Source: Mizuhopecten yessoensis
Taxonomy: Eukaryota
Reading direction: 5' to 3'
NCBI RefSeq assembly: GCF_002113885.1
Contig: NW_018408897.1
Coordinates: 543,151-607,150, forward strand
Length of the DNA: 64,000 bases
The position numbers were made by a program, and so were the translations under genes. Numbering within the stretch: the stretch's first letter is position 1; each line of letters begins with the position of its first letter. Below, piece after piece: positions 25,441 through 39,684 of the stretch. Below the pieces are notes generated by a model that ran no database searches, was not told the DNA's origin, and saw nothing but the letters and a program-made list of their open reading frames with translations.

Positions 25441-25840
25441 ACTTGTGCCCAGTGTACACGTACAGGTGGTGTACTTGTGCCCAGTGTACACGTACAGGTG
25501 GTGTACTTGTGCCAACAGTGTACACGTACAGGTGGTGTACTTGTGCCCAGTGTACACGTACAGGAGGTGTACTAATTACACAGTTTCTCCCAAACTGTTT
25601 CACTAAAGTTTAATTTAGTGAAACAGGTTGGGAGAAACTGTGTAATTAGTAGACCACCTGTACGTGTACACTGGGCACAAGTACACGACCTGTACGTGTA
25701 CACTGGGCACAAGTACGCCACCTGTACGTGTACACTGGGCACAAGTACAGGTGGTGTACTTGTGCCCAGTGTACACGTACAGGTGGTGTACTAATTACAC
25801 AGTTTCTCCCAAACTGTTTCACTAAATTAAACTTTAGTCA
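25441..25840. repeat. 32-bp minisatellite with central inverted block (large palindrome)
   Basis: Unit acttgtgcccagtgtacacgtacaggtggtgt; inverted at ~25603-25749. Confidence 0.9.
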
Positions 25841-26262
25841 CAGAAAACTATCTGTAAAAACCAACAAATAATTTCCCCAGAGATAAGTAATGTCTCTACC
25901 CTAAACAGTACAGTTATCGTGGTGCTGGCCTTAGCTACACCTTGACAATTCCTGATTCGAGTAAATGTATGTCTACCTGTATATTGATCCAGTACTTAGA
26001 TCAATGCCAGGGCTCTTAACGTACAAATCAATGGCCTTTATAAAGACGGTGATAATGAATATACATGGAGTACCTTGTGGATTTCACAATACAGTGTCAA
26101 CACTTGTGTCAACACGTCTCAGTGTTATTGTTACACAGCAAAGACACGTTCAGAAAAAACACTCTCAATGGACCATATGGTAATTCCACATTTACTTTTT
26201 TTCTGAGTTAATAATATGTGGATACGGCAGCAATATTCCCTCCTTATGTCTGTATAAGACAC

Positions 26263-26830
26263 CGATACACCTAGTTATAGCTATAGAGGTACCCCAGGCT
26301 TATATGCCAATGTGGTATATACCTAGCTATAGAGGTACCCCAGGCTTACATCAGTATCGGATACACCTAGCTATAGAGGTACCCCAGACTTACATCAGTA
26401 TTGGATACACCTAGCTATAGAGGTCCCCAGGCTTACATCAGTATTGGATACGACTAGCTATAGAGGTCCCCAGACTTACATCAGTATTGGATACACCCAG
26501 CTATAGAGGTACCCCAGGCTTACATCAGTATTGGATACACCTAGCTATAGAGGTACCCCAGACTTATATGCCAGTATGGGATATACATAGCTATAGAGGG
26601 ACCCCAGGCTTACATCAGTATTGGATACACCTAGCTATAGAGGTATACCCCAGACTTATATGCCAGTGTGGGATATACATATAGCTACATGTATAACAGG
26701 ACCACAGGCTTATATGTACCTACATGTAGCTATAGCGGGACCCCAGGCTTACATCAGTATTTGATACACCTAGCTATAGAGCTTGAGGGACCCAAGGCTT
26801 ACATCAGTATTGGATACACCTAGCTATATA
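26263..26830. repeat. ~44-bp minisatellite (ggatacacctagctatagaggtaccccaggcttacatcagtatt)
   Basis: About 12 copies. Confidence 0.92.
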
Positions 26831-28542
26831 AAAGGAACCTAACATGTGAAAACTGCACATTAAAATAGATTCAGAAGTACAGTTTATTTGAAATAATTTC
26901 AAAAACAAAATATAGTAACTCTAGAACTACAGTCCATAACAAGTAGGGTCAGCACTACACAGTCTGGAAGTATAGCTAAATTATAGCAGTTATTCAAGAA
27001 TTGCCCTGCAAAAGTATACACACAAACTGCAAGTTCAGAGGCACAAAGTACTAAAATAGCCAGTCAGACGCACTGTTAAACTAAGCCAGTAGCCAGTCCT
27101 GAAGTACACCTGAACCTTTAAATTTGGTAGTTGACGTCTCTTTGGTGACCACAAGACTAACAGGAACCATGCTCTTTTATTTATTATGATTTCTCTTTGA
27201 AATTTAATTGCTGATAAGAGTTTATATATTGGTATGAGCTACATTGTTGTGTGATAAGCCCACACCTGAGGCCTGCTGTATGGCTGCTCACTCACACAGA
27301 TCTCTACAAACCTTTACGCTGCTAATGTTTTACCTGTCTCCATTACCTTATACAAACCTGACAACTGGAACTGAAAAAACTCTAACAGTTCTATACCTGA
27401 TCAAACCTCTGATCAATTTAATATGATAAAAATATTTGCAAACCCAATGTCTGGTTCACTGATTTAACACAAAAGCCTATAAGCTGAATGACATTCTGCT
27501 AAGTGATTTTAATTCTATTGGGAGATTGTTAAAATCACCTCCATATAGAAGTGATCGGGGGTAAGAAAACCTTGTAAACTTTTTAGTATAAGACAGGGCT
27601 TGAAAATCTCCTTGTTAATTATATCTAAACAAATGAAAATTATTATTCAAAGAGGAAGAAAACCTGTAATTGTATGGTATTGACTGTGAACCGAGAATAA
27701 GTCCTGACGGCTCGACCATCAATACACATCACAGTCATGTTTACACATGCTTGTCTCAGCCATTTTGAACGTAGTTGACATACACAACCTGCGTTAATAT
27801 AAAGCAACAGCAGTTTTATTTACTCTTTGTGTACAAGTTCTATTTATGGAAAACTGTGGGTGTTTATAGGTATCAGACAAACACTGATCATGGGCGACCA
27901 TCGAAGCTACACCAAAATGTAATTACTAAATGACAAATTTAAAACGGCTGACAATTTGAATAGGGGTATTACGTTTCACAGCGTAAATTTTGTCTGTCAC
28001 TTCCGAGTGTAATTCTGTCGGCAGCAATTTAATAATGACTGATCAATGATATGCAGGAAATCCATTCCATTTGAATAAAGCTGAGATTAAAAACTAGATA
28101 AGTACACCTCGTATCATAACATACTTGTCCCTTTCCAACAGGGAAGGCGACATTATCTTTTTTTTCCTTGGAGACACTAACAACTTTAAAAAACAAACTA
28201 CAAAATCACCTAATTCTGCGGTTAAATCTTTGTCAGGTATAATTTTAGAACACTTCCATAGCTGATCATTATCTGCTATATTAGAACATAATTCTTATCT
28301 AATCAATAGGTGTACATATATAAGTACACAGTATATATACTCGTAAGTCCAGTAATGTTTAAATCTCTCCAAGGCCACTCCACACCCAGTTACGCTCACA
28401 ACCTTTCTCTCAGATGTTTTTAATCATCATATTAAGCCCACTTTTGCTTACAAGTTCAAATAATTCTGCAATGACTTAGTATTCATGATATCATGCCTTC
28501 CATCACCATTTTATACATTATAAGCAATCACATTTGATTTGT

Positions 28543-28840
28543 ATCTTTATACCTTATCACCCTCACCATTCTAAAGGAGATAGTTAACTTATCACCCTCG
28601 CCATTCTATAAAGAGGTAATTATGTTATCACCATCGCCATTCTATGACGAGATAATTATCTTATAACCCTTGCTATTCTATAAGGAGATAGTTATCTTAT
28701 CACCCTTGCCATTCTATAAGGAGATAGTTATCTTATAACCCTCGCTATTCTATAAGGGGATAGTTATCTTATCACCCTCACCATTCTATAAGGAGATAGT
28801 TATCTTATCACCCTCGCTATTCTACAAGGATATAGATATC
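28543..28840. repeat. 36-bp minisatellite (atcttatcaccctcgccattctataaggagatagtt)
   Basis: About 8 copies. Confidence 0.9.
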
Positions 28841-29360
28841 AACCTCACCACACAATATCACCCTCCCCTATATTCGGATATAACTATCTCCTTTTAGAAT
28901 GTGTTGATGGGGAGACAGTTATTTTGGACTATCTCATCCCACTTTAATATCACCCCCGCAATCTCATCCTATCTTTAAATCATTTATGAACATTTTGTAC
29001 CCAATTTGTAGATCTTATTTGGAAAGAGACTATATTAATTACTAAGCTATGAGTTGGATACTATGTTGTGAATAGTCTGAAGATGTTGATGATCAATTAC
29101 CTTGAAATTTGGGTATGGCCTTGGCGTATTACTCAGTAAGGTCATGCCACACCCTTGGGTTATGGGCAACAATCCTCTAAAGTTTCATTACACCCTAGAT
29201 AGAATTACATGCAGGCATATTTAAAAATTAATACTGCTTTTCCTCAAATGCAAGAGTCTGGTCAGTCTGCTAACCAAAACCAACAAATTTATTATTATTG
29301 TTGAAACAAAACTGACAAGTCCAAGTGTGATGTGAGGATACTAAACCAATCAGTAAACAC

Positions 29361-32300
29361 CACAGGTTAGAGAACCACTAGCATAGTAATTATATACACC
29401 TGGGAACGTGATCTTCATCAACAGGTATTTGTAAACTCTACTCAGGTTAGAGAACCACTAGCACAGTAACACGATCCTGTGCTAGTGGTTCTCTAACCTG
29501 TGTAGAGAACCACTAGCACAGTAACACGATCCTGTGTACGTGAACATCATTAACAGGTATTTGTAAACTCTACACCGGTTAGAGAACCACTAGCACAGTA
29601 ACGCCTGTGAACGTGAACTTCATTAGCAGGTATTTGTAAACTCTACACAGGTTAGAGAACCACTAGCACAGTAACACGATCCTGTGAACGTGAACATCAT
29701 TAACAGGTATTTGTAAACTCTACACAGGTTAGAGAACCACTAGCACAGTAACACCTGTGAACGTTTAAACTTTCATTAACAGGTATTTGTAAACTCTATA
29801 CAGGTTAGAGAACCACTAGCACAGTAACCCCTGGGAACGTGATCTTCATCAACAGGTATTTGTAAACTCTACACGGGTTAGAGAACCACTAGCACAGTTA
29901 CACCTGTGAACGTGAACATCATTAACAGCTATTTGTAAACTCTACACAGGTTAGAGAACCACTTGCACAGTAACACCTGGGAAGGTGATCTTCATCAACA
30001 GGTATTTGTAAACTCTACAAGGGTTAGAGAACCACTAGCACAGTAACACCTGGGAACGTGATCCTCATCAACAGGTATTTGTAAACTCTACACGGGTTAG
30101 AGAACCACTAGCACAGTTACACCTGTGAACGTGAACATCATTAACAGGAATTTCTAAACTCTACACTGGTTAGAGAACCACTAGCACAGTAACACGATCC
30201 TGTGCTAGTGGTTCTCTAACCTGTGTAGAGGTTACAAATAGCTGTTAATGATGTTCACGTTCACAGGTTTTGTACTTGAGTTTCTAAATATGATATCATG
30301 CATTGATTGATGAAACAAAATGTAAATGTTTTGTGAGCCTTACCCTAACACCCTTCAGTTGTTTGTTCTCCCATAGTGTCAAAGTTTACCTGGTATTAAT
30401 GAAGTTCACGTTCACAGGTGTTACTGTGATAGTGGTTCTCTACCCTGTGTAGAGTTTACAAATACCTGCTAATGAAAGTTTAAACGTTCACAGGTGTTAC
30501 TGTGCTAGTTGTTCTCTAACCTGTGTAGAGTTTACAACTACCTGTTAATGAAAGTTAACGTTCACAGGTGTTACTGTACTAGTGGTTCTCTACCCTGTGT
30601 AGAGTTTACAAATACCTGTTAATGAAAGTTAACGTTCACAGGTGTTACTGTGCTAGTGGTTCTTTAACCTGTGTAGAGTTTACAAATACCTGTTAATGAA
30701 AGTTTAAACGTTCACAGGTGTTACTGTGCTAGTGGTTCTTTAACCTGTGTAGAGTTTACAAATACCTGTGAACGTGAACTTCATTAACAGGTATTTGTAA
30801 ACTCTACACGGGTTAGAGAACCACTAGCACAGTTACACCTGTGAACGTGAACATCATTAACAGGTATTTCTAAACCCTACACTGGTTAGAGAACCACTAG
30901 CACAGTAACACGATCCTGTGCTAGTGGTTCTCTAACCTGTGTAGAGGTTACAAATAGCTGTTAATGATGTTCACGTTCACAGGTGTTACTGTGCTAGTGG
31001 TTCTTTAACCTGTGTAGAGTTTACAAATACCTGTGAACGTGAACTTCATTAACAGGTATTTGTAAACTCTACACGGGTTAGAGAACCACTAGCACAGTAA
31101 CACCTGGGAAGGTGATCTTCATCAACAGGTATTTGTAAACTCTACAAGGGTTAGAGAACCACTAGCACAGTAACACCTGGGAAGGTGATCTTCATCAACA
31201 GGTATTTGTAAACTCTACACGGGTTAGAGAACCACTAGCACAGTAACACCTGTGAGCGTTTAAACTTTCATTAGCAGGTATTTGTAAACTCTACACAGGA
31301 TAGAGAACCACTAGCACAGTAACACCTGTGAACGTGAACATCATTAACAGCTATTTGTAAACTCTACACAGGTTAGAGAACCACTAGCGCAGTAACACGA
31401 TCCTGTGAACGTGAACATCATTAACAGGAATTTCTAAACTCTACACTGGTTAGAGAACCACTAGCACAGTAACACGATCCTGTGTACGTGAACATCATTA
31501 ACAGGTATTTGTAAACTCTACACGGGTTAGAGAACCACTAGCACAGTAACCCCTGGGAACGTGATCTTCATCAACAGGTATTTGTAAACTCTACAAGGGT
31601 TAGAGAACCACTAGCACAGTAACACCTGGGAAGGTGATCTTCATCAACAGGTATTTGTAAACTCTACACGGGTTAGAGAACCACTAGCACAGTTACACCT
31701 GTGAACGTGAACATCATTAACAGCTATTTGTAACCTCTACACAGGTTAGAGAACCACTAGCACAGGATCGTGTTACTGTGCTAGTGGTTCTCTAACCAGT
31801 GTAGGGTTTAGAAATACCTGTTAATGATGTTCACGTTCACAGGTGTTACTGTGCTAGTGGTTCTTTAACCTGTGTAGAGTTTACAAATACCTGTTAATGA
31901 AGTTCACGTTCACAGGTATTTGTAAACTCTACACAGGTTAGAGAACCACTTGCACAGTAACACCTGGGAAGGTGATCTTCATCAACAGGTATTTGTAAAC
32001 TCTACACGGGTTAGAGAACCACTAGCACAGTAACACCTGTGCACGTAAACTTCATTAGCAGGTATTTGTAAACTCTACACAGGTTAGAGAACCACTTGCA
32101 CAGTAACACCTGGGAAGGTGATCTTCATCAACAGGTATTTGTAAACTCTACAAGGGTTAGAGAACCACTAGCACAGTAACACCTGGGAAAGTGATCTTCA
32201 TCAACAGGTATTTGTAAACTCTACAAGGGTTAGAGAACCACTAGCACAGTAACACCTGGGAAAGTGATCTTCATCAACAGGTATTTGTAAACTCTACAAG

Positions 32301-32425
32301 GGTTAGAGAACCACTAGCACAGTAACACCTGTGCACGTAAACTTCATTAGCAGGTATTTGTAAACTCTACACAGGATAGAGAACCACTAGCACAGTAACA
32401 CCTGTGAACGTGAACTTCATTAATA
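29361..32425. repeat. ~73-bp satellite with multiple internal inversions
   Basis: ggttagagaaccactagcacagtaacacctgggaaggtgatcttcatcaacaggtatttgtaaactctacac occurs in both orientations. Confidence 0.95.
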
Positions 32426-35400
32426 CCAGGTAAACTTTGACACTATGGGAGAACAAACAACTGAAGGGTGTTAGGGTAAGGCTCACAAAACATTTACATT
32501 TTGTTTCATCAATCAATGATATCATATTTAGAAACTCAAGTACAAAAAGGCTATCCTAACAACCCAACCTGCTGTTTACAAAGCTGACAATTCACTAAGC
32601 CCTGTGAAAAACCATGAGCTATATGATTGTAAATAATATATATGACTCGCTTGACTTTTTAATTCTGTTCTTTATTGATCTTGCACTCTAGTGACCCACA
32701 CCAACGGGTCATTGAGCAAATATTGACAGGACACCTATCTAATTGAATCAATATCTGACCATTTTTCTCCATTGTCCACATTTCAAGAAAAACATGCATA
32801 CATTTAGAATCTAGGTTCAAGGACAATAGTTCAAGGTCACATGTTTTTGCTCAGAGACAAGCATGTGATCAAAGGTAATGACACCAACTTCCAACAAAGG
32901 AAACAGTCCTAAAGAGTAGGAATCAATATAATTAGAATATTTTACCAACACACAAAACTTACTGGTAAATGATCAATGGAGGGGACAATGAAGTGTTCAA
33001 TACAGGATTGATAAAGGCTACTAAAGAAAACTTCACATGCAAACCCGAGGAGACACCATTCAGTAGAATTCAAGACGGTCACAAAAGATTGAAGAAAAGC
33101 AGCAAAGAAAAAATTATTAAATAAGGTCTTTACAATTATGAATTCGGTCAAGTATAACTTTCAAAGAACAGCAATATTTTTTTTCTCTGTTAATACTTTT
33201 TTAATTTCTAGCTTGGACAATGACTGTCAATCAATAGTAGAATGCTAGTCTTTAAACTTGAGAAGATTGAAGTAGACAAACATACACAACAATTTCAATA
33301 CTAAATCAACATTGTCATAGCGCAATTCTACCTGACAATCCCTTAAATATTGGGGAGAACATTTCAAAACAGCCACCTCACCATGTGCCCTGACCTCTCA
33401 AACAATGTCTGTTGATCTGAGGAGGTTCAAGTATTTATTAATGTTCTCAAATACTGCCGACGTAATAACATCAAACATTATTGATAGACGATGACATCCC
33501 TGGAAGGTTCCATCATGATCAGTATGACAATGATTCATCTTGGGTTATATGAAAAGAAAACATTACAGCCTAACTTAATAAAATCAGATCATGACATATT
33601 GATTGTCTTTCATACCAAAAACAGGAAATAATCTGCAACTTAAAATATATCAAAGTCTCAAATTTCCCATATTGAACTAAATTTGATTTACAATACCATA
33701 TCATTATGAAAAGGTTTATCATCATTTCCAGAATATTCTTCAGAAGGAACTACCACATACAATCAGGAAACATGACAGGTATCTTGTATTCAAAATTACA
33801 AATGATTTTCAAATTATCATGAAAGGAAGATGGAGGCCAAGGGTAGGAAATTTGAACGTATTCCTGACAAAGTGAATTTTTAGGATTAGAATTAAATGGA
33901 ACACTGAAAAAGATCAAATAATCAATGCCATTGTCTGTCCCGGGTATTCTCAGCCAATCAGAATCTTTGACTTAAGTGTTTCTCCTGGCTAAGGAATTGA
34001 ACCAAAATAACAATCATTATCAATCAGGTGCCTTGGAAACGAACTCCACACTCTGACATGAGTTTTGTCAATATACATTGTATGCCAAGATATTGCTCTA
34101 AGTTAATTACTTCAAGGTCTTAAAATCTTTCAAACAGAACGAATTTTGTGGAAAAGTTCACGATGATCATTGAATTGGAAATAATAGATACTGCATTTGC
34201 CATAATTAGCCCCCCTCCCCCTTTTCCGGGAGGATTTTAGATTTTATATACCCTCTCCCCACCCTAGACCTTGCTGCTTGTTTATAAATTAATGTCCTTT
34301 TTTATACTGTAGCAATGGTTGAAATTGCAACTGCACACTTTGTTCTATCCAGAGACATTTATATATTATTTATAAGCGCCATGGGTGCTTATTATGGCAA
34401 ATACACTCATATAATCAATGCATGGTCATGCCAGCTATTTAAACAATTGAAAGATACACACTGTTCACAGGTGTTGGTGATTGCTAGCTATTCACATGTT
34501 TATATTACTATTTAATCAAAACCTCAATTTTAACACGAAGACTTACATTTCAATAAGAAATTTTCTAAAAAAAACTCTGCAATATAATTGATATAGATCA
34601 AATCTGATTGTGTGATCTAGATCAATGCTCTAGACAGTCCATTTTCCTCTGACAGGATAAACATACACCTGTTAAAGAGTTGGGATGTTCAGAATCAATA
34701 GAGGATCTGTAATTAGGAATTAACCAACAACAGGTAGAGGAGCTTTTCTGACAGCCCTGTACAACAATCTGTAAAGTACTGCTTTGTCATTATAGGTAAA
34801 CAAGTCTATCACATCCTGTTGTCGGGGTTATCTCCCCGATAAACAATCACAGGACCTTTAACCCCTTATCTCCTAGCTACGTCATCCACCATAAGTAGAA
34901 TATAGAAGGAAAAAAAATATTGATTAAAGTTTTGATTGACAGGTCTGTATGGCTTCAGCAAAGCAATACTTTGATTAAATGAATTAACACTGAACAAAAC
35001 TTCACTATTCCTTGTCAGACCTAAACATAGTAACATTGCCGGGAAACCAGAATACACACACTAGATATCATTTATACTTAGTTAGTACCTATTTATGGCA
35101 GTTTATTTTACTTCCAGGAAGTCAAAAATCCCTACAAGGTCCAACAAATACCAAAAGTCAACCCCAGACAAGGTTATTTCTATTAAAGATACGCTATAAG
35201 CTTCTCAAATAGTTAAACATGTAAGAACTGGTTTACAGAACAAAAAAAAGTAATATTCACTTACAGCACATGAACATATTAACTTACGGTATAAGAACAT
35301 CTGATTGAACAAATAGAATATGAGGTCACCCCCTTTTATCTTTTCCACTGTCTGTATGTGACAGTCAACAGAAAGTTGATTATGGAACCACTGCACTGGT

Positions 35401-36230
35401 TTTATGACAAAGAGTCTCAGGTCTGCTCTGAGCTGGGGTCCTTTTTCAACTTCTTTTGATATCGACAATAAAGCAACAAAATGTGTTTAGAGTTACTTCC
35501 CTTGTTGAGGGATACACCTGTCATTTTGATGCTGTGCATGTATACGTCCTGTAAAACAACATTGATAAAGTAAATGATTGGCAAATAGGAGATCAGCCAC
35601 TGAAGTTTTTGCTTTTGCATATTTTGAATTTTGTTTTCAAATACTTTTTGTTGCTCCACGTTGCTGAATTAGTGAGTGAGTCCCAGATATAATTGCATTG
35701 CTGGAAAATCTAGCATGCCAGTACTGTATTATTTTCCCCTCATTTTCCTTGGCTGCAGTATGTGCAGATACAGGTGTTGTATTGGTATGTGTTTGCACAT
35801 GTCTTCAGTTTAACTATAATAAGTGTTATGACTACAGTAACAGATAACACTGGTACAACTTTTCACCAAAATCTTCAGAAATATTCAACAATGTATCTCC
35901 CTTCTCAAACAAGACTAAACAGCAAGGGTAAGTAGCAGCACGTGGAGCCCAGGTCCACTTGTATGCAACAGTTACCTCTGTCATACATCAAATAAAAGTC
36001 GTCCGGTTTGTTTGTAATTTGCACAGGAAACCACACACCCGCTGTATGCAGACCTGACCCCAATTAATACCCCCAAGAATAGATTACCTTCAGCACTTTC
36101 TTAAATTAGAGCTCACACTGTAATTTTAGGCATTTTTCATAAATAAACATTAAAGAAAGAAGATCATTTTCTCTATTACTAGCTTCAATATCTTCTCTTG
36201 AGCAGGCCATGTTCTCAAACTGTGTGCCTG

Positions 36231-38150
36231 AAGGTATAAGTCCCCACTCTACAGAACAAGGTAGTCCCCACTCTACAGAACAAGATAGTCCTCACTCTAC
36301 AGAACAAGGGAGTCCCCACTCTACAGAACAAGGTAGTCCCCACTCGACAGAACAAGGTAGTCCTCACTCTGCAGACCAAGGTAGTCCTCACTCTACAGAA
36401 TAAGGTAGTCCTCACTCTACAGAACAAGGTAGTCCTCACTCTAGAGAACAAGGTAGTCCTCACTCTACAGAACAAGTTAGTCCTCACTCTACAGAACAAG
36501 GTAGTCCCCATTCTACATAACAAGATAGTTCTCACTCTACAGAACAAGGTAGTCCCCACTCTACAGAAAAAGGTAGTCCCCACTCTACAGAACAAGGTTG
36601 TCCTCACTCTACAGAACAAGGTAGTCCCCACTCGACAGAACAAGGTAGTCCTCACTCTGCAGACCAAGGTAGTCCTCACTCTACAGAATAAGGTAGTCCT
36701 CACTCTACAGAACAAGGTAGTCCTCACCCTACAGAACAAGGTAGTCCTCACTCTACAGAACAAGGTAGCCCTCACTCTACAGAACAAGATAGTCCTCACT
36801 CTACAGAACAAGGTAGTCCTCACTCTAGAGAACAAGGTAGTCCTCACTCTACAGAACAAGTTAGTCCTCACTCTACAGAACAAGGTAGTCCCCACTCTAC
36901 GGAACAAGGTAGTCCCCACTCTACAGAACAGGGTATTCCCCACTCTACAGAACAGGGTAGTCCCACTCTACAGAACAAGGTAGTCCCCACCCTACAGAAC
37001 AAGGTAGTCCTCACTCTACACAACAAGGTAGTCCTCACTCTACAGAACAAGATAGTCCCCACTCTACAGAACAAGGTAGTCCTTACTCTACAGAACAACG
37101 TAGTCCCCACTCTACAGAACAAGGTAGTCCACACTCTACAGAACAAGGTAGTCCCCACTCGACAGAACAAGGTAGTCCTCACTCTGCAGACCAAGGTAGT
37201 CCTCACTCTACAGAATAAGGTAGTCCTCACTCTACAGAACAAGGTAGTCCCCATTCTACATAACAAGATAGTTCTCACTCTACAGAACAAGGTAGTCCCC
37301 ACTCGACAGAACAAGGTAGTCCTCACTCTGCAGACCAAGGTAGTCCTCACTCTACAGAATAAGGTAGTCCTCACTCTACAGAACAAGGTAGCCCTCACTC
37401 TACAGAACAAGTTAGTCCTCACTCTACAGAACAAGGTAGTCCCCACTCTACAGAACAGGGTAGTCCCCACTCTACAGAACAGGGTAGTCCCCACTCTACA
37501 GAACAGGGTAGTCCCCACTCTACAGAACAAGGTAGTCCTGACTCTACAGAACAAGGTAGTCCCCACTCTACAGAAAAAGGTAGTCCCCACTATACAGAAC
37601 AAGGTAGTCCCCACTCTACAGAACAAAGTAGTCCCCACTCTACAGAACAAGGTAGTCCCCACCCTACAGAACAAGGTAGTCCTCACTCTACAAAACAAGG
37701 AGCTATTATTAAGTCTCTCCAATTATCTACATTGTTACATTTTGTATTATTAATGAGTAGCACAAACCTACAATGTTACAGCCACCCAGAATTTCTATCA
37801 ATGATCACTGATCAATGCAAAAATTCTAACATATCTTTAGAGTTTAATATCCAATTGAATCCTATCTGTCATTCACAGAGATGTAAATAGAATATAATGG
37901 TTTTAAAGTATTCTAAATAGTTAACTCATATTCATTATTTATAACGATTTTTAATGAGCTGTCTCCTAACAGCAAGGAAGGTAGTCCCAACTCTACAGAA
38001 CAAGGTAGTCCCCACTCTACGGAACAAGGTAGTCCCCACTCTACAGAACAGGGTAGTCCCCACTCTACAGAACAAGGTAGGCCCCACTCTACAGAACAAG
38101 GTAGTCCTCACTCTACAGAACAAGGTAGTCCTCACTCTACAGAACAAGGA
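36231..38150. repeat. 24-bp minisatellite (aggtagtcctcactctacagaaca), two blocks
   Basis: Blocks at 36231-37700 and 37978-38150. Source of the CRVGTTLF ORFs. Confidence 0.95.
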
Positions 38151-39684
38151 GCTATTGTTAAGTCTCTCCAATTATCTACATTGTTACATTTTGTATTATT
38201 AATGAGTAGCACAAACCTACAATGTTACAGCCACCCAGAATTTCTATCAATGATCACTGATAAATGCAAAAATTCTAATATATTTTTAGAGTTTTATTTC
38301 CAATTGAATCCTATCTGTCATTCACAGAGATGTAAATAGAATATAATGGTTTTAAAGTATTCTAAATAGTTAACTCATATTCATTATTTATTACGATTTT
38401 TAATGAGCTGTCTCCTAACAGCAAGGTGTGGTGAGAAATGTAAATATAACGGTAGTCGTGTGACAAAGTGAAATGTATGTTAATCGATCTTTTTTATTGC
38501 TAATATTTTTAATTCTCATTTGAGGTGATTTTATTCATTGATAGACAGGTCATTCGGAACCAAATTCTAGCTGAAACATGTCTCCATTACTGAGGGAGCA
38601 CAAACCTGAAGGTGATGTGTAAAATCTTGTCAGTGGTACTAACAATGGGAATGTTATATATACATGGCAACCAAAACTTCAATAATACTGGTATACACCC
38701 ATAATGTGCACAAAAATCCAGCTTTCTTCCAAACAATGACAGATTCATAACATCATTATACAGAGAAAGGATATCTGCTCCAAAATTTATCCGATATTCA
38801 ATGATAATATTTGGTTCTTGATTGGAATACTGAAAGCAATCTAAAATGTCTAGATTAAAACTTGTGATAATTTTAAATTTGCTTAACAGAATCAAACTTC
38901 AAGGTTTGACTGTCCAGTGTATTCTGTTTAAACTGGACATCCCTCTGACCTCATAATTAGGCCAGTGTGCATAGAATTCCCAATTGTAGAGTCTACCTAT
39001 AGCTATTACACATTGTTTTATTGGGACTGATTTTTCTACTAGTTTATATAAAATTCTGTATTCGACAGAGCCCAGTTAAGACAAAGTACACACCTCATCT
39101 TGTACCAATCAATAAATCATAACAAGTGACAAAGCTTTAGAGGTTTTGCAAATCCTTCCCATTGTTAACTACATAAATCTACAATTTACCTGGGGTTGTT
39201 TTGTGGTTGTCATAATTAAACTATGATCCTCTTCATTTAAAGGATTGTGTTTTCAATTAAATATTTTAACAATTTTCTATTTGTACAGAACTTGGTGCTC
39301 ATTTATTTAAACTACATATATATGTGCATCAGTATATCTTAGCCTTAAAGTTCCTGTATTATCAATATCAGGTTTTCTGGATGGCAGTGACTCAGCGGTT
39401 CATTTGAATACTGTGTCCATCCATTGATCTACAGGATCAAGCAGTGCAGTATTAGCCATTAGTGGAAGTACAGTAAACTTGTCATCAAAGGAATTAGTAA
39501 TCTTTGGTGTATTTTAAGCTATTCTGAAATATGATGTTTGTTATTAATAAAATTCTTCTATTTTACAAATATCATGTTTTAAAAAATATCATTGGCATGA
39601 TTGATCAAAGATCAATGACTTTGTGAATATATACAAGTAGGTCAAACTAACCAAGACAAATTCTACACCATGGCTTTAGGGTAA

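Noticed and set aside
36209-38202. Long ORFs of CRVGTTLF / SPHSTEQG repeats
   Set aside because: They are translations of a 24-bp intronic satellite whose unit is a multiple of 3. There is no splice or protein evidence.
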